Positions 38,026 to 47,600 of a DNA stretch of 64,000 nucleotides are shown piece by piece; position 1 is the first letter of the stretch; each line of letters starts with the position of its first letter. The notes beneath the pieces were generated by a model that searched no databases, had not been told where the DNA came from, and saw only the letters and a list, made by a program, of their open reading frames with translations. The stretch comes from a virus. The position numbers and the translations under genes were made by a program. The stretch lies in IMG/VR virus record IMGVR_UViG_3300027759_003534, positions 1 to 64,000 of that record; one strand, 5' to 3'.

Positions 38026-39441
38026 ATCGCTCAGTTCTTTTACGATCAGCAACTACGTCGTTTTCTACTACAATTTGCTAGAGTGTTCAGCAACTTTGAC
38101 GTAGAGTATGGTGCCAACCAAGCTGGCCAAGGACCTGGGTCAGAGGAAGATACCCTAATACGTGTGCCGGTACGCTACGGTGATTCTAGTCGTCAGGCAC
38201 AGACTATTTTACAGAACAATTCAGCCAATGACATGCCAGCAACACCCCTGATGACATTTTATATCACAGATTTAAAATATGATCGTCCCAGGATGCAGGA
38301 ACCGTACTTTGTAAACAACATAGCAGTGCGTCAACGTACCTACGATAGTGCCACAGACACGTATGAAACCACACAAGGCAACGCATTTACCATTGAACGT
38401 GCCATGCCTGTTCCGTATGAGATGACTATAAATCTTGACATTTGGACATCAAATACCAATCAAAAAATGCAGTTGTTGGAACAGATTCTGACTTTGTTTA
38501 ATCCTGGGTTGGAAATACAAAGCACCGACAACTACATTGACTGGACCAGTTTAACTGTGCTGTATCTCAAGGATGTACGTTGGTCAAGTCGCACTATTCC
38601 TATTGATGCTGGCAATCCTATCGACGTTGCTACCTTATCGTTTACCCTGCCCATGTGGATCACTCCGCCAGCCAAGGTCAAGAAACTGGGTGTTATTGAA
38701 CGTATTATTGCTAGTGTGTACGATGCTCAAGGTGATCTTACCAACGCCCTAACCGACAGTGATTTGTTATTGGGTACTAGACAACGGTTCACCCCCTACG
38801 GCTACCAGGTCCTATTAATTGATAACAAATTACAGGCTCTTCGGCAACAACAGGTCATTAACGAACCCAATGCCAGCTTGACTCCGCCCGATAGCCCCAA
38901 TAGTAATCTGCTGTGGCACAGTATTGTAAACTTGTATGGCACACTACGTCCTGGCATTAGTTATATTACCCTAGAACAACCAGATGGCACAGACGTAACC
39001 GGAACTGTGGCTTTTGACCCTACTGATGATAGATTTTTATTGTTTACAGTAAATGCTGGTACTGTACCACCAAACACCTTGAGCCCAATTACGGCTGTGA
39101 TTGATCCAATTGCCAGTGGTCCTGGGGCTGGACTTGCTGTGGCCGCACTGGGGCAACGGTACTTGTTTACACAGGCCACTGGATCTTATGATAATCCAGG
39201 CTTGACCAATCCCAATTCTTGGAACGGCGTTGATGGCCAACCCTTGGTGGCCAATGCCAATGACATTGTGGAATACGATGGTGCTCGTTGGGCTGTGGTG
39301 TTTGACAGCACCAGCAGTCCTGCAAACATGCAGTACGTGACCAATATCACCACAGAACTACAGTATCGTTGGACTGGTTCAGCCTGGGTCAAGAGTTATC
39401 AAGGTTTATATCCTGGAGGACAATGGACACTGGTATTGTAA
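38026..39441 (+). CDS. 15: Tail sheath stabiliser/terminator gp15 (start apparently non-canonical, upstream of the track's GTG 38083)
   Basis: QFFYDQQLRRFLLQF is in frame upstream of 38083. VPV.YG, P.M.F, PVPY.M...L.IW...T.QK.Q..EQIL..FNP, LSF....WI.PP. Confidence 0.85.
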   Translation: MAQFFYDQQLRRFLLQFARVFSNFDVEYGANQAGQGPGSEEDTLIRVPVRYGDSSRQAQTILQNNSANDMPATPLMTFYITDLKYDRPRMQEPYFVNNIAVRQRTYDSATDTYETTQGNAFTIERAMPVPYEMTINLDIWTSNTNQKMQLLEQILTLFNPGLEIQSTDNYIDWTSLTVLYLKDVRWSSRTIPIDAGNPIDVATLSFTLPMWITPPAKVKKLGVIERIIASVYDAQGDLTNALTDSDLLLGTRQRFTPYGYQVLLIDNKLQALRQQQVINEPNASLTPPDSPNSNLLWHSIVNLYGTLRPGISYITLEQPDGTDVTGTVAFDPTDDRFLLFTVNAGTVPPNTLSPITAVIDPIASGPGAGLAVAALGQRYLFTQATGSYDNPGLTNPNSWNGVDGQPLVANANDIVEYDGARWAVVFDSTSSPANMQYVTNITTELQYRWTGSAWVKSYQGLYPGGQWTLVL

Positions 39442-39863
39442 CAGCCGTGGGTGTTTGGTTTTATGCAATTAACACTCGTCGATACATGTATCTCATGCGT
39501 AATGACCCAAAGCATCCTGGTGCTTGGGGATTGCCGGGTGGCCGAGTAGAAGCAGGCGAAACCTTACTGGCGGCTATGAATCGCGAATGCTGTGAAGAAA
39601 TAGGTTTTGTTCCTGAATATTTTAGGATGATTCCTTTGGAAAAGTTTACCACCGCAGACGCAGGATTTGAGTATCACACTTTTTTCTGTATTGTTGACTC
39701 GGAATTCCAACCCACGCTCAACAATGAACACATAGGCTATGCCTGGATTGATTCAGGCACATGGCCTAGACCTATGCATCCAGGGTTGTGGAGCACTGTA
39801 AATTTTGAAGCTGTGCAAAACAAAATATTAACTATCGAGTCTACTGTTCAAACGTCGCAGTAG
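39423..39863 (+). CDS. NUDIX hydrolase
   Basis: Nudix box GGRVEAGETLLAAMNRECCEEIG; EH..YAW. Confidence 0.9.
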   Translation: MDTGIVTAVGVWFYAINTRRYMYLMRNDPKHPGAWGLPGGRVEAGETLLAAMNRECCEEIGFVPEYFRMIPLEKFTTADAGFEYHTFFCIVDSEFQPTLNNEHIGYAWIDSGTWPRPMHPGLWSTVNFEAVQNKILTIESTVQTSQ

Positions 39864-40510
39864 CCAATAAAGTCTCGATAAGTCATGGTCTGGGTATTGG
39901 CACAATTGACCCAGATATCAGGCATGCGAGTGGATTCTCCAACTAGATAAAATTTAGTACCAGAGTATGCGGCAAATATGTTGACAATTTGTTGCATCCA
40001 CTCATTGTGGTTGCCAGCGGTTTCATCTGTATAGCCCAACATGAATATTTCTTTGTGGCCGTCAAATGCCGCTAGATATACTACAGTGGCCAGGTCAACC
40101 AGTCTGGGTCGCAAGGGAATTAGATAAAATTCTCCTGGATGAGCAATACAATAACGTGGACTGGTATAAACAATGTTGTTGGTTTGATAACCAGTTTCTA
40201 AAATTTTAGTTAGGTTATCAATATTGGTTTCCACTGCAAAGTCCAGACGCATTTGTTGAGCAATGTCTCCAGTGCCATAGGTCTGCAATTTTTTACTGCC
40301 CAATAGCCCGCCGCGATGTCGTTGCAGTCTAGTGTAGTCAAAATGTGTGTAATCTAAGGTGCTACCAATGCAGGCCGCACGTCCACTGAGATGGTGGTTA
40401 ACGATAGGATTGTCAATCCATTCGCGAGTTTCAGATTTTTTACCACCGGACCACCGGGTCTCAAGTATGACAAATTCACCAAGGTAATCAGTACGATATT
40501 GTGCTTGCAT
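39848..40510 (-). CDS. Hypothetical protein (possible Rossmann-like/MptE-like)
   Basis: 220 aa; A..LAAFDGHKEIFMLGY resembles the 'A..LG...I.L.G.D' motif of MptE-like/GT29-like folds. Confidence 0.35.
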   Translation of the reverse strand: MQAQYRTDYLGEFVILETRWSGGKKSETREWIDNPIVNHHLSGRAACIGSTLDYTHFDYTRLQRHRGGLLGSKKLQTYGTGDIAQQMRLDFAVETNIDNLTKILETGYQTNNIVYTSPRYCIAHPGEFYLIPLRPRLVDLATVVYLAAFDGHKEIFMLGYTDETAGNHNEWMQQIVNIFAAYSGTKFYLVGESTRMPDIWVNCANTQTMTYRDFIGYCDV

Positions 40511-40529
40511 TAAAAGTGTCGATTAACTC

Positions 40530-41003
40530 TCAAACTGGCTCGCCGGGCAGGTCAATCCAAGGGAAGCCAGATTGAGCCGGCACGTCTCTTAATGCTTGGC
40601 AATAATCTTTCCAGGCTTGTGAAGGTGTCAGGTCGCTACGAAAACGCCAATCGGTTTCAGCCAATTTAGCATTACGCTCTTGACGTACAGAATTTGCTTG
40701 GGCCGTGGTTTGTGCATCTTGCTCTTCTTGAGTTAAGGTTTCAATTGACCACCCCAGGGTCCAAACACCGTTGACCAAAGCAGGCACAGTATCTGGAACA
40801 ATTTTTTGAGTTTGTTTATTAAATGTGGGTTCGTCTGCCGGTGTTACACGCACCAGCTCATTGCCATCTAAGTTGTCTTTTGTGCCAGTGTACATCGCAA
40901 GCAGATCGGCTTGATTAAACGCGGTGTAAGGGTTCTTTTTGCATAGCGTGTCGTAGTCGTAAGGAAATGTAACTACCGCTCCATTTTTTATTTCTGCAAA
41001 CAT
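40530..41003 (-). CDS. Tail fibre assembly/chaperone protein
   Basis: C-terminal VR..RN.KL..TDW...D......W..Y.QALRD.P.Q.GFP. Confidence 0.8.
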   Translation of the reverse strand: MFAEIKNGAVVTFPYDYDTLCKKNPYTAFNQADLLAMYTGTKDNLDGNELVRVTPADEPTFNKQTQKIVPDTVPALVNGVWTLGWSIETLTQEEQDAQTTAQANSVRQERNAKLAETDWRFRSDLTPSQAWKDYCQALRDVPAQSGFPWIDLPGEPV

Positions 41004-41224
41004 ACTTTTTCTCCAATAATTATTGTTGAGGTTTCTTTGTCTACTGTGATAGTACCTTCACAGCACATACTCCAATCTTCGCCTGTCTTTGCGCCCCATG
41101 ATGGCACATTGATCTGTACGTTCTTAACTACATACTCTTTGTTGTTGTCAAATACTCGCCATACGTGGTCAATGGATCCTCGCCCTGGCAGTCCTCGAGT
41201 CTTGTTGTAGCGCACACAAATCAT
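40988..41224 (-). CDS. Hypothetical protein
   Basis: 78 aa, overlapping both neighbours as in an operon. Confidence 0.5.
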   Translation of the reverse strand: MICVRYNKTRGLPGRGSIDHVWRVFDNNKEYVVKNVQINVPSWGAKTGEDWSMCCEGTITVDKETSTIIIGEKVCLQK

Positions 41225-41817
41225 ACAATTTCCACGATGGGCGCTGGTGCGTCTTCAACACACACATTAAAGTGAATAAACTGGAAAGGGTCATCCAACT
41301 CGTGTCTAGTAAATCCGTGCGGTAACCAACTGTTAAACAACATAAAGTCACCAGCCTTGACATCCAACATAATCTGTTCAGACGCAAAAGTAACTGTTTC
41401 TGGGTTGGCCTGCCGCATTGAGATTTGCTTTTTACCGGGCCTTGGATCAAACACAACAGGCACGCTGCCATTCTCTGGCACGTTAACAAAATAAAACCCA
41501 GTAATCTGCATACCATCGCCATGGATATGTTCTATGTGTTGCCCGTAACGCAAGAACTCTTGGCCCCATAACTCGGCCACTCTAGTCTGTTTGTTAGTCA
41601 TGTTGTAGCCTTGATCTAACATCATATCAAAACTAACCGTTGCAATCGTAGTAAATAAATCATCAAGCCTATCGTCAAGCATTGACTCGCTTTGACAAAC
41701 ATTCCATTGGTTTGGTTTTACTTGAGCAATATATTCAGACAGCACCTTCTTGGCAACTTCTAAATGTTCTGGTTTAGAAAACCGCAAAACGGACGACGGA
41801 AAAAATAGATCAACCAC
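41221..41817 (-). CDS. 2OG-Fe(II) oxygenase (TIGR02466-like)
   Basis: W......G..H.EH.H, GFYFV, F.DPRP, G....F.SWLPH, FN. Confidence 0.82.
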   Translation of the reverse strand: MVDLFFPSSVLRFSKPEHLEVAKKVLSEYIAQVKPNQWNVCQSESMLDDRLDDLFTTIATVSFDMMLDQGYNMTNKQTRVAELWGQEFLRYGQHIEHIHGDGMQITGFYFVNVPENGSVPVVFDPRPGKKQISMRQANPETVTFASEQIMLDVKAGDFMLFNSWLPHGFTRHELDDPFQFIHFNVCVEDAPAPIVEIV

Positions 41818-42409
41818 TGATAAGCACCCTGTTGTTAGTTAGCAAACCCATTTTGTCTTTATTTGTACTAATTTTATGTATGACATCGGTGATAAACGGA
41901 ACAATATTAGATTCAAAGTCGGGGTGATTTCGCATGGCATTAAGTTGGTCTTCAGGTATTGTACCATTAGATAACAAAAAATTCTCCGTGCGCCGTTGAA
42001 ATTCTAGTAACCATTCTTCTCTTTGTGCAGCCTGTGACGCTTCTAAAAGCGGCAGGTGTGCGTACTTTCTTTGCGGCTCTAGCTCTGTCATAATAGATGA
42101 AATAGTGGCAAGCTCTTGTTCAGCGCCAAGAATAGCCATTTCTAATAACCCCTCGCCGCTTTGCCACTCAATCAAATCTGCCTGTGCGTTAAGTTGTTTG
42201 ATTTGGTCGGTAGATTCCAAATCTTGCTCAATCTCCATGAGTTTGACTTTGCGTCTTAACAGTTTAGCCTTGGTACTTTCTAACTTTATCTGTATGTCTA
42301 GTTTTTGTTCGTACATTATGCACCAAGCAACATCCGCCGTGTGGCAGTTGTTTGCTACAAAGTAGCGCAGTTGAAAGTCTGAGTTGTTACGATGAGGAGA
42401 TGAGTGCAT
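41810..42409 (-). CDS. Coiled-coil hypothetical protein
   Basis: 199 aa with heptad-rich helices; directly after the propeller-repeat gene. Confidence 0.55.
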   Translation of the reverse strand: MHSSPHRNNSDFQLRYFVANNCHTADVAWCIMYEQKLDIQIKLESTKAKLLRRKVKLMEIEQDLESTDQIKQLNAQADLIEWQSGEGLLEMAILGAEQELATISSIMTELEPQRKYAHLPLLEASQAAQREEWLLEFQRRTENFLLSNGTIPEDQLNAMRNHPDFESNIVPFITDVIHKISTNKDKMGLLTNNRVLISG

Positions 42410-42413
42410 AGTA

Positions 42414-43367
42414 TTATGGTGTGTTTACGCAAGTTGCCCAGGATGTTGCGGCACCGTTTCTTGAACCTGCAGATGACACCGCTACCCCGGAGGCTGTTGA
42501 TGTGTCACATGCGTATGTGTATTTATTTCGGGTGGTAGTAGCAGCACCACAAACAGATCCTATTGCAAAAATTCCTCTTGTGCTATTGCCTGCAGCAGCA
42601 CTATAGAAAGACGCAATGCTTGCAACAGCTACGCCGCAAGCGGTAGAAGTACATGTAGCATAGGTATATTTATTGCGAACATTGGAAGGAACATTGAAAT
42701 AAGGCGTTGCGTTATATCCTATAGCAAATATTCCTCTAGTAGAGTTGCCAGCGGCAGAACCCTGACGACCATAGGCACTTGCTGTACCCACACCACAGGC
42801 GGTTGATGTGTCGCTAGCATACGTATATTTATCACGGACACCGAGCGCATATAGCGAAAATATTCCCCTAGTACTATTTCCTGCGGCAGAACCTTCATAT
42901 GGGCTGGCACTGGATGATGCTACGCCAGAAGCAGTTGAGGTGCAACAGGCATAAGTATATTTATTACGGACATTATTAGTACCTATTGTAAAAATTCCTC
43001 TTGTACTATTGCCTGTAGCACTACTACCGTAGTTGTCAGTACTAGATGATGCTACTCCACAAGCAGTGGAAGAACACGTAGCGTAAGTGTATTTATTTCT
43101 GATTGGTGTGGTGGTAATCCCGTTACATCCCAATTGAAAAATACCTCTTGTAGAGTTACCTGCGCCAGCACCAGAGGTAGTACCTGAACTAACTGAGCCA
43201 ACACCGGAAGCGGTTGATGCGCATGTAGCATAGGTATATTTATTACGGGTGCTTGAGGCGTTCCCCAATTGAAAAATACCTACAGTGCCATCGTTACCGC
43301 CGCTTGCAGCAGCAAAAAGTCCATAACCTTGAGCTGATCCGGCGCCTCTTGTGCTTATTAATGGCAT
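42414..43367 (-). CDS. Six-repeat (beta-propeller-like) putative receptor-binding protein
   Basis: Six ~48-aa repeats R(N/D)KYTYA.C.ST..GV......G..AGNSTRGIF. Confidence 0.65.
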   Translation of the reverse strand: MPLISTRGAGSAQGYGLFAAASGGNDGTVGIFQLGNASSTRNKYTYATCASTASGVGSVSSGTTSGAGAGNSTRGIFQLGCNGITTTPIRNKYTYATCSSTACGVASSSTDNYGSSATGNSTRGIFTIGTNNVRNKYTYACCTSTASGVASSSASPYEGSAAGNSTRGIFSLYALGVRDKYTYASDTSTACGVGTASAYGRQGSAAGNSTRGIFAIGYNATPYFNVPSNVRNKYTYATCTSTACGVAVASIASFYSAAAGNSTRGIFAIGSVCGAATTTRNKYTYACDTSTASGVAVSSAGSRNGAATSWATCVNTP

Positions 43368-43376
43368 CGCTATTCC

Positions 43377-43937
43377 TTAAGCAAATTTAGTTTGTGACGC
43401 TAACACAGTAAAGGCGGCGTTGCCTGTTTTGATAATAGTGTAAGCATACACGTCAATACTGGACGAATTTCCGGCTGTTGGTGCTGTGCCACCCTGCCAT
43501 TTTGGTGTTACTGCGTTGCCGTCTATTTGAACAGCAGAGTTGTAATAAGCTGTAGCGCCTTGCGTTATCAAGAACGCTACAGTCAAAGATTCGCCTGTGG
43601 CCATTAAAGTATTTAGAGATGTCCCGCTGGATCCACGGAAGTTTACTGTCCAGTTTGCACTTGCATTAGATGTGTAGTACAGCACGGCTTGGGTAGTTAC
43701 ATCATAGTTAATTGTTCCTGTTGCAGCAGTTGCAGATACAGTGACCCCTTCCAGCACGTCAAATATCTTGGCACCTGCCACGCTAGACGATCCTGTGAAA
43801 GTCTGTAGGGCAGTAAAGTTGGTTGCTGTTGAGGAACTTACAATCCCAGTCAACGCCGAGCCGTTTCCAACAAAAAAATTGCCAGTGACATTGCCAGTGG
43901 CTGATATACCAGTTGTACCGTCGAGAGTTAATGCCAT
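43377..43937 (-). CDS. Putative tail fibre/baseplate structural protein
   Basis: 186 aa, Thr/Ser/Gly-rich, WQGGTAPT...D.Y.Y.; late promoter at 43974-43979. Confidence 0.5.
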   Translation of the reverse strand: MALTLDGTTGISATGNVTGNFFVGNGSALTGIVSSSTATNFTALQTFTGSSSVAGAKIFDVLEGVTVSATAATGTINYDVTTQAVLYYTSNASANWTVNFRGSSGTSLNTLMATGESLTVAFLITQGATAYYNSAVQIDGNAVTPKWQGGTAPTAGNSSSIDVYAYTIIKTGNAAFTVLASQTKFA

Positions 43938-43965
43938 TTTTTGATCCTTGTCATATTTTATGTGT

Positions 43966-44502
43966 TCACGTTATATTTAGCGTACTATCATTAGCAACTG
44001 AAATACTAGTGGCGTTTGCCAAAGTTACAGGGCCTACCAACAGACTATTGGTGCCAGATTCTATTTGTACATTGCTGCTGATTGTTTTTGAGTTTACAAA
44101 AGCTCCAGTTACTACCTGGGTACCACTGGCTGCCAATGTGGCTGATCCCAGCTGTATGGTGTTGCCGCTGAGATACAAATCACGCCAACGCATGTTTGCA
44201 GTGCCCAAATCATAGGTAACATTAGCAGCCGGCAGGATGTTTGCAGTAAATGTGACATTTGCGCCCACTGTCCCAATGATGTTGGCAGTCAATATATTGC
44301 CGCCTGTGATGTTGCCTGCGGCACTTATCAAACCACTGTTCAACAAGTTTCCACCTGTGATATTACCGCTAACGCTGATGCTCACAAAAGAGTTGCTGAC
44401 CGATGTACTCACTGTCCAAGCCGTCAGCGAAGTACTGTAGGTATAAGTTATGCCATTTACATTGGCTTGTTGACCGTTGATTGGTGATTGTGGAAATGCC
44501 AT
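43966..44502 (-). CDS. Putative fibre-associated structural protein
   Basis: MAFP.SP.NGQ N-terminus, GNITGGN repeats, YDLG....RWRDLYL motif. Confidence 0.5.
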   Translation of the reverse strand: MAFPQSPINGQQANVNGITYTYSTSLTAWTVSTSVSNSFVSISVSGNITGGNLLNSGLISAAGNITGGNILTANIIGTVGANVTFTANILPAANVTYDLGTANMRWRDLYLSGNTIQLGSATLAASGTQVVTGAFVNSKTISSNVQIESGTNSLLVGPVTLANATSISVANDSTLNIT

Positions 44503-44520
44503 GTTATAATCTTCCTATTT

Positions 44521-44661
44521 TTATACAGACCCGCCAGCACCAGTCATATTTGAGCTGCCGCAGGCAACTGCAAGATAACTTGCTGTTATAGTCGCAGGCG
44601 GTGAGTCAAATAATATTCGAATGCCACCTGAAATTGTTATTCCTGATAATTGCAATGCCAT
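44521..44661 (-). pseudogene. 46-aa internally deleted remnant of a glycine-rich cassette gene (not in the ORF track)
   Basis: MALQLSGITISGGIRILFDSPPATITASYLAVACGSSNMTGAGGSV*; 24/25-nt match of 44531-44555 to 49563-49587; TAATG overlap with the upstream stop. Confidence 0.6.
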
Positions 44662-47600
44662 TATAGTCTTCCCACAGCTACTTCAATAATTCCTATTGTG
44701 TCTGAATCGTATGCTTCAAGAGCTTTGCCAATAATACAACCAGGTTCATATTTGGTCATATCTAACCGTGTGGCCACACCCGGGGTTGAGCTGGCTACCA
44801 GTCGATCGCCTTTGGCAATAGTGCCCACTACACAGCATGGAACTCGACCAACTAGGGCCACTTCTACAGCATCGATACAAGCAAGCGTACTGTTCATTAG
44901 ATAGCTAGGATTGGTACTAACAATGCCGGCTATCCTAGTACTGTGTGAAGTTGTTGTTGCTGTGACTTCTTCGTTACCGCCAAAATCAAGCACAGTTCCA
45001 GGCGTATAGATTGAATCAGCACAGTACATTTCTGCCAAGTCAGCGTATTGTGCTGATGTTGCTTTGGCAAATACTGTATCAAAGTATGTGGTTGAGCTAC
45101 CAATATTACCTACACCGTTGGCACTTGAGTTAGTGATGTTGCCAACTATTAATGTATTGGCCGAAATAATGTTGCCACCAGTTATATTGCCTGTGGCACT
45201 TATATTGCCTGTGGTAACTGTTCCTGTGCTACTGATAGTTAATATATTGGCTGTGCCGGCAATACCAACAGTTACATTACTGCTGGCCGCAACAACCACG
45301 TTACTTGTTCCGTTGGTTATTGACGAACCACCACCGCCGCCACTGAAGGCAACACCATTGGCATAGTAATAGCCGTTGGTTAAAATGTTGCCGGTATAGA
45401 TATTTCCTGTGCCTGAAATTATTCCACTAGATCCACTTGTAAGTAAATTACCAGTAGTTATATTACCACTGTACACATTGCCATTAAAACTGGTTGCATT
45501 TACGTTTCCGGTGACACTGACACTCGATCCGGTGATTACACCACCCACTGTACTTGCGGCTGTTTGTGTACCAGTGACACTGACACTGCTACCTGTTATG
45601 ACACCACCCACTGTTGAGGCGGCAGTTTGTGTGCCAGTTACACTTACCGTGGTACCTGTGTGATTGATGGCACTAATATTACCACCAGTGATATTACCAG
45701 TAACACTTAACAATCCAGAAATATATTCACCAGTGGTAGCAAACACAGCCACATTGCTGGTGCCACCAACTCCTATTGTGACATTACCACCTGAACTGAC
45801 CACGGTTACATTACTTGTACCATTGTTGATATTGGCCACACTGGTAATAACTCCAGTGAGCGATGCACCATTTCCTAAAATATAGGCACCAGTTATATTG
45901 CCAGTGGCACTGACAATACCACTTGTTAATAAATTACCAGCGGCAATATTACCAGTACCAGATAGGGCTCCACCTGATCCACCTGTAACTATGTTGCCTC
46001 CAGTGATTGTTCCTGTAGCACTGACAACGCCACCTGTTAATATGTTACCACTGGTAATGTTACCCGATGTAATTGTGCCGGTGGTACTGATTGTGTTTGA
46101 TCCAAACGCAGCCAGTAATGTTGCCACATTGGCATTGCCATAGCTGGCCGGAATACCAGTCATAAATGCCGCATTACCAAGCACATAGTTGCCGGTGATA
46201 TTACCAGTGGCACTGACAACACCACCTGTTAATAAATTACCAGCAACAATATTACCAGTACCAGATAGGGATCCGCCCGAGCCGTTTACAACTAAATTGT
46301 TACCAATGATATTACCAGTGGCACTGACTGATCCACTGGTCACAAGATTGGCACCAGTGATGTTGCCCGTAGCACTTAATATTCCTTGTGATGACAGCCC
46401 ATTGGTTGCCACCCAAATATTAGATGTGCTGTTGTAGGTTAAACTAATGTATTCACTACCAGCTGGTCCAACTCCAATACCGCCTCCGTTGGCGGCGGCG
46501 GCAGTGGCCGCATTGTTGGCCATGTTGATGGTTAGGTCGTTTGTGGTGACATTGTTACTGTTGATATAAGTCACATTACCAGTAACGCTCAAGTTACCAG
46601 TGATGATTACGTTGCCGTCAGTTCCGCCAGATCCGTTTGGATCAATGGTCAATGTTGGGCCTGTGCTGACAATATTTGCACCAGTAATTGTAATGTTACC
46701 ATTGGTTAATGTGGTAGATGCTACAATATTACTACCGTTTACATTGCCAGTTACACTAGCACTTGATCCGGTGATTACACCACCAACAACACTAGCGGCT
46801 GTGGTAGTACCTGTAACACTTGTACTAGTTCCTGTGATTACTCCGCCTACTACTGACGCAGCAGTGACAGCTCCGGTTACAGATACAACTGCACCTAAAT
46901 GACTTGTACCAGTAATGTTACCGCTGGCACTTACAATACCACCTGTTAATAAATTAACACCTGTCACATTACCAGAAGTGATTGAACCTGTAGTACTAAT
47001 TGTGTTTGAACCAAATGCAGATAATAATGATGTTACATTTGAATTGCTGTATGAACTACTAGCAATGCCAGTCAATTGACTGCCATTACCAAAGATATAG
47101 TTACCTGTAATGTTTCCAGTGGTGCTGATCACTCCGGTAGCTGTGGCAGTAACAACATTTAATCCGTTGACTGTAAGCTGAGTGGCGTTGCCTGATAAAG
47201 TCAGGTTTCCAAGATAGATGGTACTGTTAGATAACCAAAGGTCTTTCCAACGATTTGTAGTGTTTCCTAAACTGTAAGTAATGTTTGCACTTGGAACGAT
47301 ATTTCCAGCCCACCCAGCTTCACCATATGATATCACATTTGAGTTACCATAGGTTGCAGGTAATCCAGTTAATTGACTTCCGTTTCCAAAAATATAATTA
47401 CCAGTGACATTACCAGTGGCACTGACCAACCCATTTGTAAGAACATTGCCGCTTTGGATATTACCAGTGACTGATAAGTTGTAAAAACTTGTGGGAGGAC
47501 TTTGATCAACCCACTGGTTGCCAATGCCATCATTTACGTATAGATAATATTTAGAGGCATAAGAATCGTACCAGGCGTCGCCTGGCACTGCATTAGAAGG

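Noticed and set aside
42414-43367. Repeats as DGR template/variable regions
   Set aside because: No reverse transcriptase in the window, and the differences between repeats are not evidently adenine-specific.
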